From IMG/VR virus record IMGVR_UViG_3300025087_000641, positions 32,001 through 96,000 of that record: a stretch of DNA of 64,000 nucleotides, one strand, 5' to 3'. Numbering within the stretch: the stretch's first letter is position 1; each line of letters starts with the position of its first letter. Under the pieces are notes generated by a model. It did no database searches. It was given only the letters and a program-made list of their open reading frames with translations, and was not told where the DNA came from. A program made the translations under genes and the position numbers. Shown piece after piece: positions 9,534 to 19,113 of this stretch. The DNA comes from a virus.

Positions 9534-9652
9534 AACGAATAAGAATGGTTTTTAGGGAACCATATGATATTGGCACAGTTCTAATAACTGCCACCTTCCT
9601 GATACTGCTAATTATTGCCGTGGTATTTAACAATTGTTGCTATATTCCATAA
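9530..9652 (+). CDS. Small single-TM peptide (40 aa)
   Basis: MKRIRMVFREPYDIGTVLITATFLILLIIAVVFNNCCYIP; ATGA overlap with the upstream gene. Confidence 0.55.
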   Translation: MKRIRMVFREPYDIGTVLITATFLILLIIAVVFNNCCYIP

Positions 9653-9660
9653 TCTAAGAA

Positions 9661-10407
9661 ATGAAACTCCCAGACCTCTATCTCAATGTAGACACCGTTC
9701 ACGGTCTTGGTCACAAGATGCGAACATGGGCAATTGCCGAGGAGTATCTGAGACAAGGTGGTGCTGTTCATTGGCAATGGGATAAACTGCCAGATGAGAT
9801 GAGTGTAACCATCTTTGATGGATACAACTATACCAACCATGACAGAGAGCGGTGGATGTCTGCGGGACATTTAGTGGTGACGCTGGATGACTTTGCGAGG
9901 GCAGATTTTACAACTCACATTCTAATCAACTACAATTATGGTGCTGAGAAATTGCCGTGTTTCAAGATGTCAGGGATGAAGATTCCGGGCATATCAATTT
10001 TTCTTCTCGGAACTAAATACTTCCCGCTGAGAGAGGATTATAAAAAACTCACAAGCGTTGATGGGGGACATTCATTTGATACAGACTCGGTTGGCAGGCA
10101 AATGCCTCCAGCGCAATTCGCAAAGAATATGGCAGAGGCCTCATATGTGCTATCTTCGGCAGGGGGGACAGTTTATGAAATCATGTATCTGTGCAAACCA
10201 ATGCTTCTGCGGAAGGCGAACAGTACACAAGGGGTAACATACAACAATGTCATCCGTGATGGGTTGGCACTTCCAGATACACAAGAGAACAGAGAGATGA
10301 TGAAAAATCCATATCATCGGGATAGATATGTGTCCTATTTGCAAGGGCTAGTTGACGGGAATGGCGCAAGTCGGATTGTGGAGGAAATAAGCCATGTGGT
10401 CGGGTAA
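9661..10407 (+). CDS. PseG/SpsG-like UDP-sugar hydrolase (shortened)
   Basis: GLGHKMRT, IFDGY, LDD, SAGGTVYE, VDGNGASRI. Confidence 0.75.
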   Translation: MKLPDLYLNVDTVHGLGHKMRTWAIAEEYLRQGGAVHWQWDKLPDEMSVTIFDGYNYTNHDRERWMSAGHLVVTLDDFARADFTTHILINYNYGAEKLPCFKMSGMKIPGISIFLLGTKYFPLREDYKKLTSVDGGHSFDTDSVGRQMPPAQFAKNMAEASYVLSSAGGTVYEIMYLCKPMLLRKANSTQGVTYNNVIRDGLALPDTQENREMMKNPYHRDRYVSYLQGLVDGNGASRIVEEISHVVG

Positions 10408-11293
10408 AAAGGTCTTGGTTACTGGTGGTGCTGGTGTAATTGGCAGAGTCCTTGTCCAGAAACTAGAGGAGCGTGGTGCTAAAGTTGTCTCTATTGACCG
10501 CGAGCCTGCTAAATTTGAGAAGGCTACCCATTATACAGATAATGTCTTGGGGCACATGCTCACATGCGAGGAACAGCAAATAGTATTCCATCTGGCGGCA
10601 TCATTCGGCAGGACTGAAATAGAGCCACAATTCTTCAATGAGAATTTCTACAACAATGCTGGATTGACGCATACGCTCCTGTCTTGCGAGCATCATTGGG
10701 AGAAGTTCATATTTGCGTCGTCGTATTTAGTCTATGACCCATTACTCTATCTTTGGGACGACACCCATTTCCTTAAAGAGTCTGATAGAATTGCACCACG
10801 AAACATGGTTGGCGCGGCGAAGTATTATACCGAGAACGAGTTAGACTTTGTATGTCAAGATGAGAAGATGTCTGGAGTCTCTGCGCGTATCTTCCGGGTA
10901 TATGGCAGAGGGGCAAAAGATATTATCTCAAGAGTCGTTCAGAAAGCATTGAGGGGTGAGACAATTGAGGTGTATGGCGAGAATGCCAGATTTGACTACA
11001 TCTTTGCTGACGACGTGGCAGAGGGATTGATAAAACTTGCAGAGGTTGATTTCCCAACAACCGCTGTAAATCTCGGAACTGGCAAGGGAAAGAGTCTGTC
11101 GGAAGTCATTGCAGTTATCCGAGAGCATATACCAAATATGAAAGTTGAACATGCCGAGAAATTTGGACACCCCATAGAGAACAGCAGGGCAGATGTATCT
11201 CTTCTGAGAGAGTTGACGGGATGGACTCCGCCAACGCCACTAGAGGTCGGGATACGAAAGGTAATAGAGTATGAAAGAGAGAAAAGCAGTTGA
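10394..11293 (+). CDS. NAD-dependent epimerase/dehydratase
   Basis: VLVTGGAGVIG, FHLAA, RIFRVYG, DYIFADDVA, NLGTG. Confidence 0.9.
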   Translation: MWSGKKVLVTGGAGVIGRVLVQKLEERGAKVVSIDREPAKFEKATHYTDNVLGHMLTCEEQQIVFHLAASFGRTEIEPQFFNENFYNNAGLTHTLLSCEHHWEKFIFASSYLVYDPLLYLWDDTHFLKESDRIAPRNMVGAAKYYTENELDFVCQDEKMSGVSARIFRVYGRGAKDIISRVVQKALRGETIEVYGENARFDYIFADDVAEGLIKLAEVDFPTTAVNLGTGKGKSLSEVIAVIREHIPNMKVEHAEKFGHPIENSRADVSLLRELTGWTPPTPLEVGIRKVIEYEREKSS

Positions 11294-11615
11294 CAAAGTT
11301 AATATGGGATTTACTTCTAGACTGGCATGGGGATTATTTTCAAGAATAGAGAGTCCGGGATTTGGCGCATGTGAACGATGTGGAATGTCATGGGCTATAG
11401 TTAATGGACACGCCACTTATGTAGCAGGTGGTTTTGGAATATTCCCGCTATGCTTGGAATGCAAATTGGAATTATCGCCAGAGGAGCGATTGCCATATTA
11501 TCTTGCTCTCTATAAACGTTGGCCTACAATGCAATCACATTATTCCATTGATGAACTTACACAAGCGGTTTTGAATGAGGTTGTAGATGAGCGAGAATTG
11601 GAAAGTTGTTCTTGA
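11271..11615 (+). CDS. Hypothetical protein (two CxxC)
   Basis: CERCG and CLEC; overlaps both neighbours. Confidence 0.6.
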   Translation: MKERKAVDKVNMGFTSRLAWGLFSRIESPGFGACERCGMSWAIVNGHATYVAGGFGIFPLCLECKLELSPEERLPYYLALYKRWPTMQSHYSIDELTQAVLNEVVDERELESCS

Positions 11616-12510
11616 CCCACTCGGTTATTACCGACTCGACCCGATCCCGCAGGTAGCGGACTATTATCGAAAGGGATACCACGAGGCATCTGGCATGAAT
11701 CGTGCGCCTGATATGCGCCGTGCCATTGACGGTGGTGCGGAATACGATAGAGAGAAGTTCTGGCTGTCCTCGACTCTGTGGAATGACATTTTAGAGATTG
11801 GGATTCTATGCCTCCATCAATGGACAAAGGGGTATCACTTTCTGGATTACGGATGTGGAGTCGGTGATTTGTGCGTATACATGAGAGACTTCGGATGGGA
11901 AGTAGAGGGAGTGGAACCATCTGTGCTCGCATCAGGGATTGCCAAAAAGCACGGGGTGAATATTCACAAAGACCTGTCAACCGTCAAGGGATATGACATC
12001 ATTTCTGCTATCAATGTCTTAGAGCATGTCCCCGATCCTCAAAAGACTATTTTAGAACTTAGGTCACATCTCACCGAAGGAGGTGTACTTGTTATTCAGA
12101 CTCCGAATGACTTCTCGCCACTCCAGTCTGTTGTCAAAACAAAGGCAATGGGAAAGGATTATTGGGTTGCTTATCCAGACCATATCAACTACTTCAACTT
12201 CGACTCTCTAACAAAGTTACTTGAGCATTGTGGTATGAGAGTCGTCTATCGGATGGCGACATTTCCTATGGAGTGGTTCGTACTCCTGGGTGACAATTAC
12301 GTTCTCAATCGGGAGTTTGGCCCACGATGCCATAACAAGAGAATTGAGTTTGATTTATCCCTGCCAACTGAATACAGGCGCTCGCTCTATACTAAACTGG
12401 CAGAGATAGGATGGGGAAGGTCTTGCATATTGTTTGCAATAGACGCTAGTTACACAATGCCACAGATGAGACACGCTTTTGAGTGGATGAGAACAGAGGT
12501 CAAAGCGTGA
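11587..12510 (+). CDS. Class I SAM-dependent methyltransferase
   Basis: LDYGCGVG, GVEPS, NVLEHVPDP, PDHINYF. Confidence 0.9.
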   Translation: MSENWKVVLDPLGYYRLDPIPQVADYYRKGYHEASGMNRAPDMRRAIDGGAEYDREKFWLSSTLWNDILEIGILCLHQWTKGYHFLDYGCGVGDLCVYMRDFGWEVEGVEPSVLASGIAKKHGVNIHKDLSTVKGYDIISAINVLEHVPDPQKTILELRSHLTEGGVLVIQTPNDFSPLQSVVKTKAMGKDYWVAYPDHINYFNFDSLTKLLEHCGMRVVYRMATFPMEWFVLLGDNYVLNREFGPRCHNKRIEFDLSLPTEYRRSLYTKLAEIGWGRSCILFAIDASYTMPQMRHAFEWMRTEVKA

Positions 12511-13076
12511 AGGTCTTGTTTTTGGGCAACCCCAACTCGCCACTTGTGGAGTATCTTATTGGGACTGGTGAGAAAGTCATAGTCACATGGGACAAGATTG
12601 ACCCACAGACCATTGAAACCTATAAGCCAGATTTTCTTGTGAGTTATGGGTATCGCCACATCCTCCGCGAAAATGTGTTGAATATGTTGCCCGACAGGGC
12701 AGTGAATCTACATATCGCATTCCTCCCCTGGAATCGGGGTGCAGACCCGAACTTTTGGAGTTTCGCGGAGCATACGCCAAAGGGTGTTACAATTCATTAT
12801 CTTGACAAGGGTGTTGATACTGGTGACATCATAGCGCAGAGATGTGTTATGCCATTCCCCCATGACACATTCAAGACGAGTTACTATAGACTCCAATATG
12901 AAATACAAAAGTTATTCAAAGAGAACTGGGCAGAAATCAGAATTGGGGCATGTAATAGGAGCAAGCAGGGCAGACTTTGCACATTCCACCATTCAAAGGA
13001 CAAGAATAGATTGATGCATATGCTGACAGATGGATGGGATACTCCTATATCTGTGTTTGACGGGTATGAAGAATGA
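12507..13076 (+). CDS. Sugar N-formyltransferase
   Basis: VSYGYRHI, NLHIAFLPWNRGADP, GVTIH, DKGVDTGDII. GTG start overlaps the upstream stop. Confidence 0.9.
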   Translation: MKVLFLGNPNSPLVEYLIGTGEKVIVTWDKIDPQTIETYKPDFLVSYGYRHILRENVLNMLPDRAVNLHIAFLPWNRGADPNFWSFAEHTPKGVTIHYLDKGVDTGDIIAQRCVMPFPHDTFKTSYYRLQYEIQKLFKENWAEIRIGACNRSKQGRLCTFHHSKDKNRLMHMLTDGWDTPISVFDGYEE

Positions 13077-14068
13077 ACGCGCTAAACATTCTTATAACCA
13101 GTGCCTCGCGCAAGGTGTCTCTTGTCAAGTCGTTTCAGCAGGCATTGAAGGAAGAGGGACTCGGCGGATTTGTTGTGGCGGCAGATTCCTCGCCAGACAG
13201 CGCCTCAATGCAGCTCGCGGATATGGGTGCAATTGTCCCGACACTTCCCAACAATGGAACAGATTACGAGTTCTTCAAAAGCATTGCTGAAATATGTATC
13301 CAGATGGGGATAGGCCTCGTTGTTCCAACTAGGGATGGAGAATTGCCGTTCTTTTCTGAACACAAAGAATTCTTTGCCGAACAGGGTATATTTGTCGCCA
13401 TACCAGACTCCGAGTGTGTAAGATTATGCCAAGATAAATTGGCATTCTGTGATTTCTGCGTTTCAAATAACTTCTCTGTGCCGCAGAAGATTGATGACGT
13501 AACGCGATTGCCAGTCTTTGTAAAAGCGCGAAATGGGCATGGTGGCAACTCTGCGGCGAGGGCTGATACACTGCCGGAATTATTTGCACTCAGGCGAAGA
13601 TATGGGGAGTCCATAACCCAAGAGAATATCAATGCACCAGAGTACACTATTGATGTGTTCTCAGATTCTAACTCAAAGGTATTGAGTGTTGTGCCTCGCC
13701 AGCGCATCAAGATCATGGGTGGAGAGTCTTGGGTAGGCAGGACAGAGAAGAATGCCGACATCATGCGAGAGAGTCAAAGACTAGCAGAGGCATTGAAACT
13801 AAAGTATCACAGTGTTATCCAGTGCTTCTATGACAATGGGATTGTCAAATTCATTGAGGTCAATCCTCGCTTTGGAGGGGCAAGTAATTGCAGTTTTGTG
13901 GCGGGTGCTAATAGTCCTCGCTGGCTAGTTCAATTGGCAACTGGCAGAGATGTAACAGCGCCCCCAATTGGGGACTTTCTGGACAATTTGACGATGTTAA
14001 GGTATAGTCAAGATACATTTGTTTATCCAGAGACGAACGATGAAACAAGACCCGAAAGGCCCGTTTGA
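13073..14068 (+). CDS. ATP-grasp domain protein
   Basis: VVPTRDGEL, CQDK, FVKAR, EYTID, FIEVNPRFGG. Confidence 0.88.
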   Translation: MNALNILITSASRKVSLVKSFQQALKEEGLGGFVVAADSSPDSASMQLADMGAIVPTLPNNGTDYEFFKSIAEICIQMGIGLVVPTRDGELPFFSEHKEFFAEQGIFVAIPDSECVRLCQDKLAFCDFCVSNNFSVPQKIDDVTRLPVFVKARNGHGGNSAARADTLPELFALRRRYGESITQENINAPEYTIDVFSDSNSKVLSVVPRQRIKIMGGESWVGRTEKNADIMRESQRLAEALKLKYHSVIQCFYDNGIVKFIEVNPRFGGASNCSFVAGANSPRWLVQLATGRDVTAPPIGDFLDNLTMLRYSQDTFVYPETNDETRPERPV

Positions 14069-14174
14069 TAAATTGGAAGACGACATCAGGCTATCAATCA
14101 TTGCGTATATCGCCAGACTCATTCTGCTTCTTATAGGTTTTTCAATCTTTGTGAGGTTGTTCCCGCCAAAATGA
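14040..14174 (+). CDS. Small single-TM peptide (44 aa)
   Basis: MKQDPKGPFDKLEDDIRLSIIAYIARLILLLIGFSIFVRLFPPK; stop overlaps the gmhA ATG. Confidence 0.55.
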   Translation: MKQDPKGPFDKLEDDIRLSIIAYIARLILLLIGFSIFVRLFPPK

Positions 14175-14740
14175 AACGTCAAAATATAATAGAGTCGTCG
14201 CTAAAAGACTCTGCAACAGCGATGCTCTCTCTAATTCCCATAGTTCCATTTTTAGACAAATTTGCACAATCGGTTATAGAGACGTTTGACTCCGGAAACA
14301 AGATTATCGTCATTGGCAATGGCGGGAGTGCGGCGGACGCGCAACATTTTGCAACAGAGATGGTGGTGAGATATAAAAAAACTGGAATTGCGCTTCCCGC
14401 GATTGCACTGACGACTGATACAAGCATTCTGACAGCGACAGGAAACGACATCAACTTTGACCAGATATTTGCGAGGCAAGTTGAGGCGCTTGGCAGACGA
14501 GGCGATATGCTGTTAGCGATAAGCACAAGCGGAAACTCGCGTAACATTCTGAGGGCAGTTGAGGTTGCAAAGAATCTGAGTCTGTTCTGTGTGGCATTGA
14601 CTGGCAAAACTGGGGGGCGGTTATCGCAACTCTGCCACATGGTAATCAAAGTACCGCAGAATGCCACAAGTCGTATTCAAGAGGCGCATATTGCCATCTT
14701 ACATGCGGTATGCGAGGTGGTAGAAAGCCAGAAAAGATGA
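14171..14740 (+). CDS. gmhA: Phosphoheptose isomerase (SIS domain)
   Basis: GNGGSAADAQHF, LPAIALTTD, TATGND, FARQVEAL, ISTSGNS, RIQEAH. Confidence 0.92.
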   Translation: MKRQNIIESSLKDSATAMLSLIPIVPFLDKFAQSVIETFDSGNKIIVIGNGGSAADAQHFATEMVVRYKKTGIALPAIALTTDTSILTATGNDINFDQIFARQVEALGRRGDMLLAISTSGNSRNILRAVEVAKNLSLFCVALTGKTGGRLSQLCHMVIKVPQNATSRIQEAHIAILHAVCEVVESQKR

Positions 14741-14853
14741 GACGGATGCTGATTGAACTCATCATTTGGTTGATATTGGCGATTATCATAATTGTTGGCA
14801 TTGGACTCTTTGGTTGGGACACATGCGGCGGTCTGGTTTGGTGGTGCATATGA
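14737..14853 (+). CDS. Small single-TM peptide (38 aa)
   Basis: MRRMLIELIIWLILAIIIIVGIGLFGWDTCGGLVWWCI; ATGA overlaps at both ends. Confidence 0.6.
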   Translation: MRRMLIELIIWLILAIIIIVGIGLFGWDTCGGLVWWCI

Positions 14854-15671
14854 GTCTCGGAATAATGCAGGGACGCCTTGTCCCACCAATAGATGGCAAA
14901 CTACAGGCATTCCCCACAAATGGGTGGAACAAAGAACTAGAGATATGTCGAGGATTGGACGTTGCATATATTGAGTGGATTTATGATGGCGAGGACTTAT
15001 ACTTTTTGCCAAATCCAATCTCAACATTTGAGGGTGCAAATGCGCTGAGTGGGATACAGTCTCCTCGTATCGCGTCTCTGTGTGCTGATTACTTTGTGAA
15101 AGCGCCACTGCTGAGAGTGCCAGGGAATATTCTAGAACAGAGAATAGCAAAACTCAGATGGCTGGTTTTTCAATGCAGTCTTGCAAATATTCCCACTCTT
15201 GTTCTCCCATTTGTGGACGATAACGCGATTCGCACACACGGCGAAATTGATGATGTCATTTGTATTCTCTATGAACTTTCTGGATTAATTGACGCCTGTA
15301 ATGTCAGGATTGCGCTAGAAACAAATCTTGACGAATGTGATATGCAGACTCTTTCGCGTGAATTGGTAGATGTGTTTGTTGGAATAAATTACGACTCTGG
15401 AAATAGTGCATCGCTTGGTTATGATGTTGAAAAAGAATGGAATATGTATGGACATCGCATTGTCAATGTCCACATCAAAGATAGAGTCCTAAAGGGTAGC
15501 AGTGTGCCACTTGGCGAGGGCAGTACCAATTTTGATACACTGGCAAAGATGCTGTCTAAATTCAATTATCGCGGCAATGTAGTCTTACAGGTGGCGCGGG
15601 GAGAGTCGGGCAAAGAAGTTGAGTGGTATCACAAGAACAGGAACTTCCTGCTTGACAAGGGCATCGGATGA
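14850..15671 (+). CDS. Sugar-phosphate isomerase/epimerase (xylose isomerase-like TIM barrel)
   Basis: GIMQGRL, IALET, NYDSGNSAS, VHIKDR, VPLGEG. Start taken at ATG 14850. Confidence 0.88.
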   Translation: MSLGIMQGRLVPPIDGKLQAFPTNGWNKELEICRGLDVAYIEWIYDGEDLYFLPNPISTFEGANALSGIQSPRIASLCADYFVKAPLLRVPGNILEQRIAKLRWLVFQCSLANIPTLVLPFVDDNAIRTHGEIDDVICILYELSGLIDACNVRIALETNLDECDMQTLSRELVDVFVGINYDSGNSASLGYDVEKEWNMYGHRIVNVHIKDRVLKGSSVPLGEGSTNFDTLAKMLSKFNYRGNVVLQVARGESGKEVEWYHKNRNFLLDKGIG

Positions 15672-15796
15672 ATACATTTGGGGCAGACTTCATCATCGTC
15701 TTTGTAGCATTAGTGCTGGCATGTTCAATCGGCGCATTTGTGAAACTTGTCCATGATGTTGTAAAAGGCAATAATGATTCCGCAAAGTCGTCATAG
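15668..15796 (+). CDS. Small single-TM peptide (42 aa)
   Basis: MNTFGADFIIVFVALVLACSIGAFVKLVHDVVKGNNDSAKSS; ATGA overlap with the upstream gene. Confidence 0.5.
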   Translation: MNTFGADFIIVFVALVLACSIGAFVKLVHDVVKGNNDSAKSS

Positions 15797-16856
15797 CATC
15801 ACCCGCGAGGACATCAAATTTGTTGGCAAGGCTCTTGCTGGCGACTTTCTGACTCGCGGGCCATTGACACTTGAGTTTGAGGCAAAGATAGCCGAATTGT
15901 GTGGCAAGAAGTATTGTGTCACAATGGCAAATGGGACAGTCGCCCTCCATGCCGCGCTATTGGCCTGCAATGCGAAGCATGTAGTCTCTCCAACTCTGAC
16001 ATTCTCTGCTATCGCCAACGCTACACACTTCGCTGGTGCTAAACTCTATCTCACAGATGTAGACTCATATAAACTCCATGCCACAACGTACAGCCAACCC
16101 CTTCCCGCGAAAGGGCTTGTTTTCGTTCCGATGGACTACGCTGGTCTGCCTTATAATCTGGACTCTTCTGGATTGGGGGCTGGCTATACTACTGTCATCC
16201 GTGATGCGTGCCACTCATTTGGGGCAACGATTAATGGAGAGTCGCATGTCAAGCGCGATGATATGGCCGTCTTTAGTTTTCATGCTATAAAGACAATATC
16301 ATCTGGAGAGGGGGGATGTGTCGTAACCGATGGCGAAGAATACGCCACAGAACTTCGGAGAATACGGAACAACGGACTAGAGAATCATCAACAGCATCGG
16401 TTTGGATTGAACTACCACATGAGCGAAATTGAGGTAGCACTTGGATTATCGCAGTTGAAACGACTTGACAAGATATTGGAGAGACGAAGAGAACTGGCAA
16501 GTAAGTATATTGAGCATTGGGCAGGACAATACGACAGAATTACTTTGCCCGCCGACGATAATGGTCATGCCTATCATCTATTCGTTATCCGCCTTGCCGA
16601 CTCTGTAAAAATAAAACGAGACACATTCCGAAGAGAACTTGCCGATATGGGCATTGGAACACAAGTCAACTATCGCCCCCTCCACAGACAACCCATTGTG
16701 GCGTCAGTAATTGACTCTGCGCTCACTGAGTTTCCGAACGCTGATTGGGCATGGGAACGAATGCTGAGTATCCCACTATACTATGGATTGACAGACAATG
16801 AACAGAAGGTGGTCATGAAAGCCATAGATAGACTGTTGGATAAACATGCCAAATAA
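15774..16856 (+). CDS. pseC: PLP-dependent UDP-sugar aminotransferase (DegT family, PseC-like)
   Basis: MIPQSRHSI..DFLTRGP, NGTVALH, DACHSFGA, FSFHAIKTISSGEGG, GLNYHM. Confidence 0.85.
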   Translation: MIPQSRHSITREDIKFVGKALAGDFLTRGPLTLEFEAKIAELCGKKYCVTMANGTVALHAALLACNAKHVVSPTLTFSAIANATHFAGAKLYLTDVDSYKLHATTYSQPLPAKGLVFVPMDYAGLPYNLDSSGLGAGYTTVIRDACHSFGATINGESHVKRDDMAVFSFHAIKTISSGEGGCVVTDGEEYATELRRIRNNGLENHQQHRFGLNYHMSEIEVALGLSQLKRLDKILERRRELASKYIEHWAGQYDRITLPADDNGHAYHLFVIRLADSVKIKRDTFRRELADMGIGTQVNYRPLHRQPIVASVIDSALTEFPNADWAWERMLSIPLYYGLTDNEQKVVMKAIDRLLDKHAK

Positions 16857-17646
16857 TCTATTTGACCTCACTGGCAAGGTGGCGATCATAACTGGCGGGG
16901 CAGGATTGCTTGGGCAACAGCACGCCGAGGCAATTGCGGCATTCGGCGGATGTCCGGTGATTCTGGACATTGATTATGATGCGGCCAGAAACATTATCAA
17001 GGAAATCGGCGTGGGGTTTGCGTTTGAATGTAATGTGACGCGCCCCCAAGATATTTATGATACGTTGAATGAAACACTTACGCTACGCGGGCATGTGGAT
17101 ATTCTCATCAACAATCTCTCTTGTAATGCCAATGTTGAATCTTTGGGACAATATTCACGCCTTGAATTCTATCCATATTCACAATGGGCAAAGGACTTGG
17201 AACTCGGATTGGGAAGTGCATTCCTATGTAGTAAAATAATTGGCAGTCACATGGCAGACAAAGGCAAGGGGGTGATTGTCAACATCGCCTCAGACCTCTC
17301 CGTGATAGCGCCAGATCAGAGGCTCTATCACAAAGAAGGACTTGCTGATGAGGAGCAGCCCAAAAAACCAATTTCTTATTCTGCAATAAAGCATGGTATT
17401 ATTGGGTTAACTCGCTACCTTGCGACATATTGGGCGGGTAGAGTTAGGGTAAATGCCATAAGTCCTGGTGGAATATTTAATAATCAGCCAGATGATTTTG
17501 TGCGACATATTAGCGACAGAATCCCAATGGGGCGCATGGCACGGGCAAATGAAATACAGGGAACATTGGTCTTTCTATGTTCTGATGCGTCATCATATAT
17601 GACTGGGCAAAATATTATTGTGGATGGCGGAAGGAGTATTTGGTAA
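16846..17646 (+). CDS. SDR oxidoreductase (PtmA-like, nonulosonate-cluster type)
   Basis: TGGAGLLG, APDQRLY, YSAIK, RVNAISPGG, VDGG. Confidence 0.88.
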   Translation: MPNNLFDLTGKVAIITGGAGLLGQQHAEAIAAFGGCPVILDIDYDAARNIIKEIGVGFAFECNVTRPQDIYDTLNETLTLRGHVDILINNLSCNANVESLGQYSRLEFYPYSQWAKDLELGLGSAFLCSKIIGSHMADKGKGVIVNIASDLSVIAPDQRLYHKEGLADEEQPKKPISYSAIKHGIIGLTRYLATYWAGRVRVNAISPGGIFNNQPDDFVRHISDRIPMGRMARANEIQGTLVFLCSDASSYMTGQNIIVDGGRSIW

Positions 17647-18146
17647 TGAGGAAAATAGAATTATCAAGAGGATATACTTCTGACATTGATGATGAGGATT
17701 ATGAATGGGTATCCCAATACAAATGGAATGTTTCACTGTGTAACCATACCCAATATGCTTATAGATATTCTTACAAGCCGAATGGGACTGGGGCGAAGAA
17801 ATACATGCACCGCGAGATAATGGAAAGATATAACGGGGCATTAGGGAGTGGTATGCAGATAGACCATATAAATCACGATGGACTGAACAACAGGAAAACA
17901 AATCTTAGGATATGTACCCAGTCCCAAAACAATTGGAACGGGAGGGGGATTTTGGAGGGAACCTCAAAATACAAGGGAGTATACTTTTACAAAAGTCGCG
18001 GGAAATGGGTTGCACAAATGTGCCTTTTCGGGAAGCGCATTTTCATTGGTAGATTCGACAGCGAAATTGATGCGGCAAGAGCATATGACAGAGTAGCAAA
18101 AGAAAAGTATGGAGAATTTGCGAAACTGAACTTCCCGGAGGAATAA
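17646..18146 (+). CDS. HNH-AP2 homing endonuclease
   Basis: MHREIM, IDHINHDGLNNRKTNLR, SKYKGV, FDSEIDAARAYD, GEFAKLNF. Confidence 0.92.
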   Translation: MRKIELSRGYTSDIDDEDYEWVSQYKWNVSLCNHTQYAYRYSYKPNGTGAKKYMHREIMERYNGALGSGMQIDHINHDGLNNRKTNLRICTQSQNNWNGRGILEGTSKYKGVYFYKSRGKWVAQMCLFGKRIFIGRFDSEIDAARAYDRVAKEKYGEFAKLNFPEE

Positions 18147-18943
18147 TGACGATGGATTTATTGGCTTCTAATTTATTCTCCGTGGCGGGGAAGACAGCCC
18201 TTGTCACTGGGGCAAATGGTTATTTAGGACAAGTGGTGGCAGGAGTCCTTAAACAGAATGGTGCAAGTGTTATTGGGACTTATGCAACAAAAATCCCAAC
18301 AGATGGATTCTGTGATGAGTGGTATCTGATTGATTCAAATTCGCCATATCCAGACTTGGAAGAAAGATTGCGCGAAATTGAATCTAATAACCAAATAGAT
18401 GTCCTTATCAACAACGCGCATCCCATGAAACGCGAGGCTGGATTCAATGTTGAGACAGACCAAATAGAACACTATTCACGGGCAGAATGGCAACAGAACA
18501 TCAATGGCGCTATTGGACTCCCGGCACTCACAACATCAATCATTGGGGCGGGGATGAAAGATAGAGGGCATGGTAGTATTATCAACATCAGTAGCATGTA
18601 CGCCCTCGTTGCCCCCCATCCAAATTTGTACAAAGATACGCTATACATGAATCCGCCCGGATATGGGGCAAGCAAGGCGGCTCTACTTGAGTTTACTCGC
18701 TATGTGGCGGCATTCTGGGGACAGTATGGAGTGCGGTGTAATGCCCTGTGTCTTGGCCCATTCCCGAAATCAATTACACCAGAGATGCAAGAGTTCATCA
18801 CGCGGTTGAACTCGCGCACTTGTCTTAATAGAACTGGCAGGGCAGGGGAGATAGCTGGAGCAATTCTATTTCTGGCGAGTGAGGCATCGTCATACATGAC
18901 GGGCCATGCCCTAGTCCTCGATGCTGGATGGTGTGCCACATGA
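18146..18943 (+). CDS. SDR oxidoreductase (second paralog)
   Basis: TGANGYLG, LINNA, SSMY, YGASK, VRCNAL. Confidence 0.88.
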   Translation: MTMDLLASNLFSVAGKTALVTGANGYLGQVVAGVLKQNGASVIGTYATKIPTDGFCDEWYLIDSNSPYPDLEERLREIESNNQIDVLINNAHPMKREAGFNVETDQIEHYSRAEWQQNINGAIGLPALTTSIIGAGMKDRGHGSIINISSMYALVAPHPNLYKDTLYMNPPGYGASKAALLEFTRYVAAFWGQYGVRCNALCLGPFPKSITPEMQEFITRLNSRTCLNRTGRAGEIAGAILFLASEASSYMTGHALVLDAGWCAT

Positions 18944-19113
18944 CTTTTCCGAAGTCCCCCAATGTGCCATTTGTCCAATCGGTTATCTTTGTCATGTCTC
19001 ATGTTGGCTATCCATATTGGGATGATGTGGTTTTGAATCCAACCAGTGCTAAGGCGCTTGGTCTAAAACTTATTGAATACGCAGGCGAATGGATAGAGGA
19101 AAAGCGTGACTAA
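18940..19113 (+). CDS. Hypothetical protein
   Basis: ATGA overlap; fills the gap between SDR and TylF. Confidence 0.5.
   Translation: MTFPKSPNVPFVQSVIFVMSHVGYPYWDDVVLNPTSAKALGLKLIEYAGEWIEEKRD

Noticed and set aside
16846-18943. Two SDRs around the HNH-AP2 gene as a target duplication like the neuA case
   Set aside because: Both are full-length, highly diverged paralogs rather than a gene plus an orphan end.
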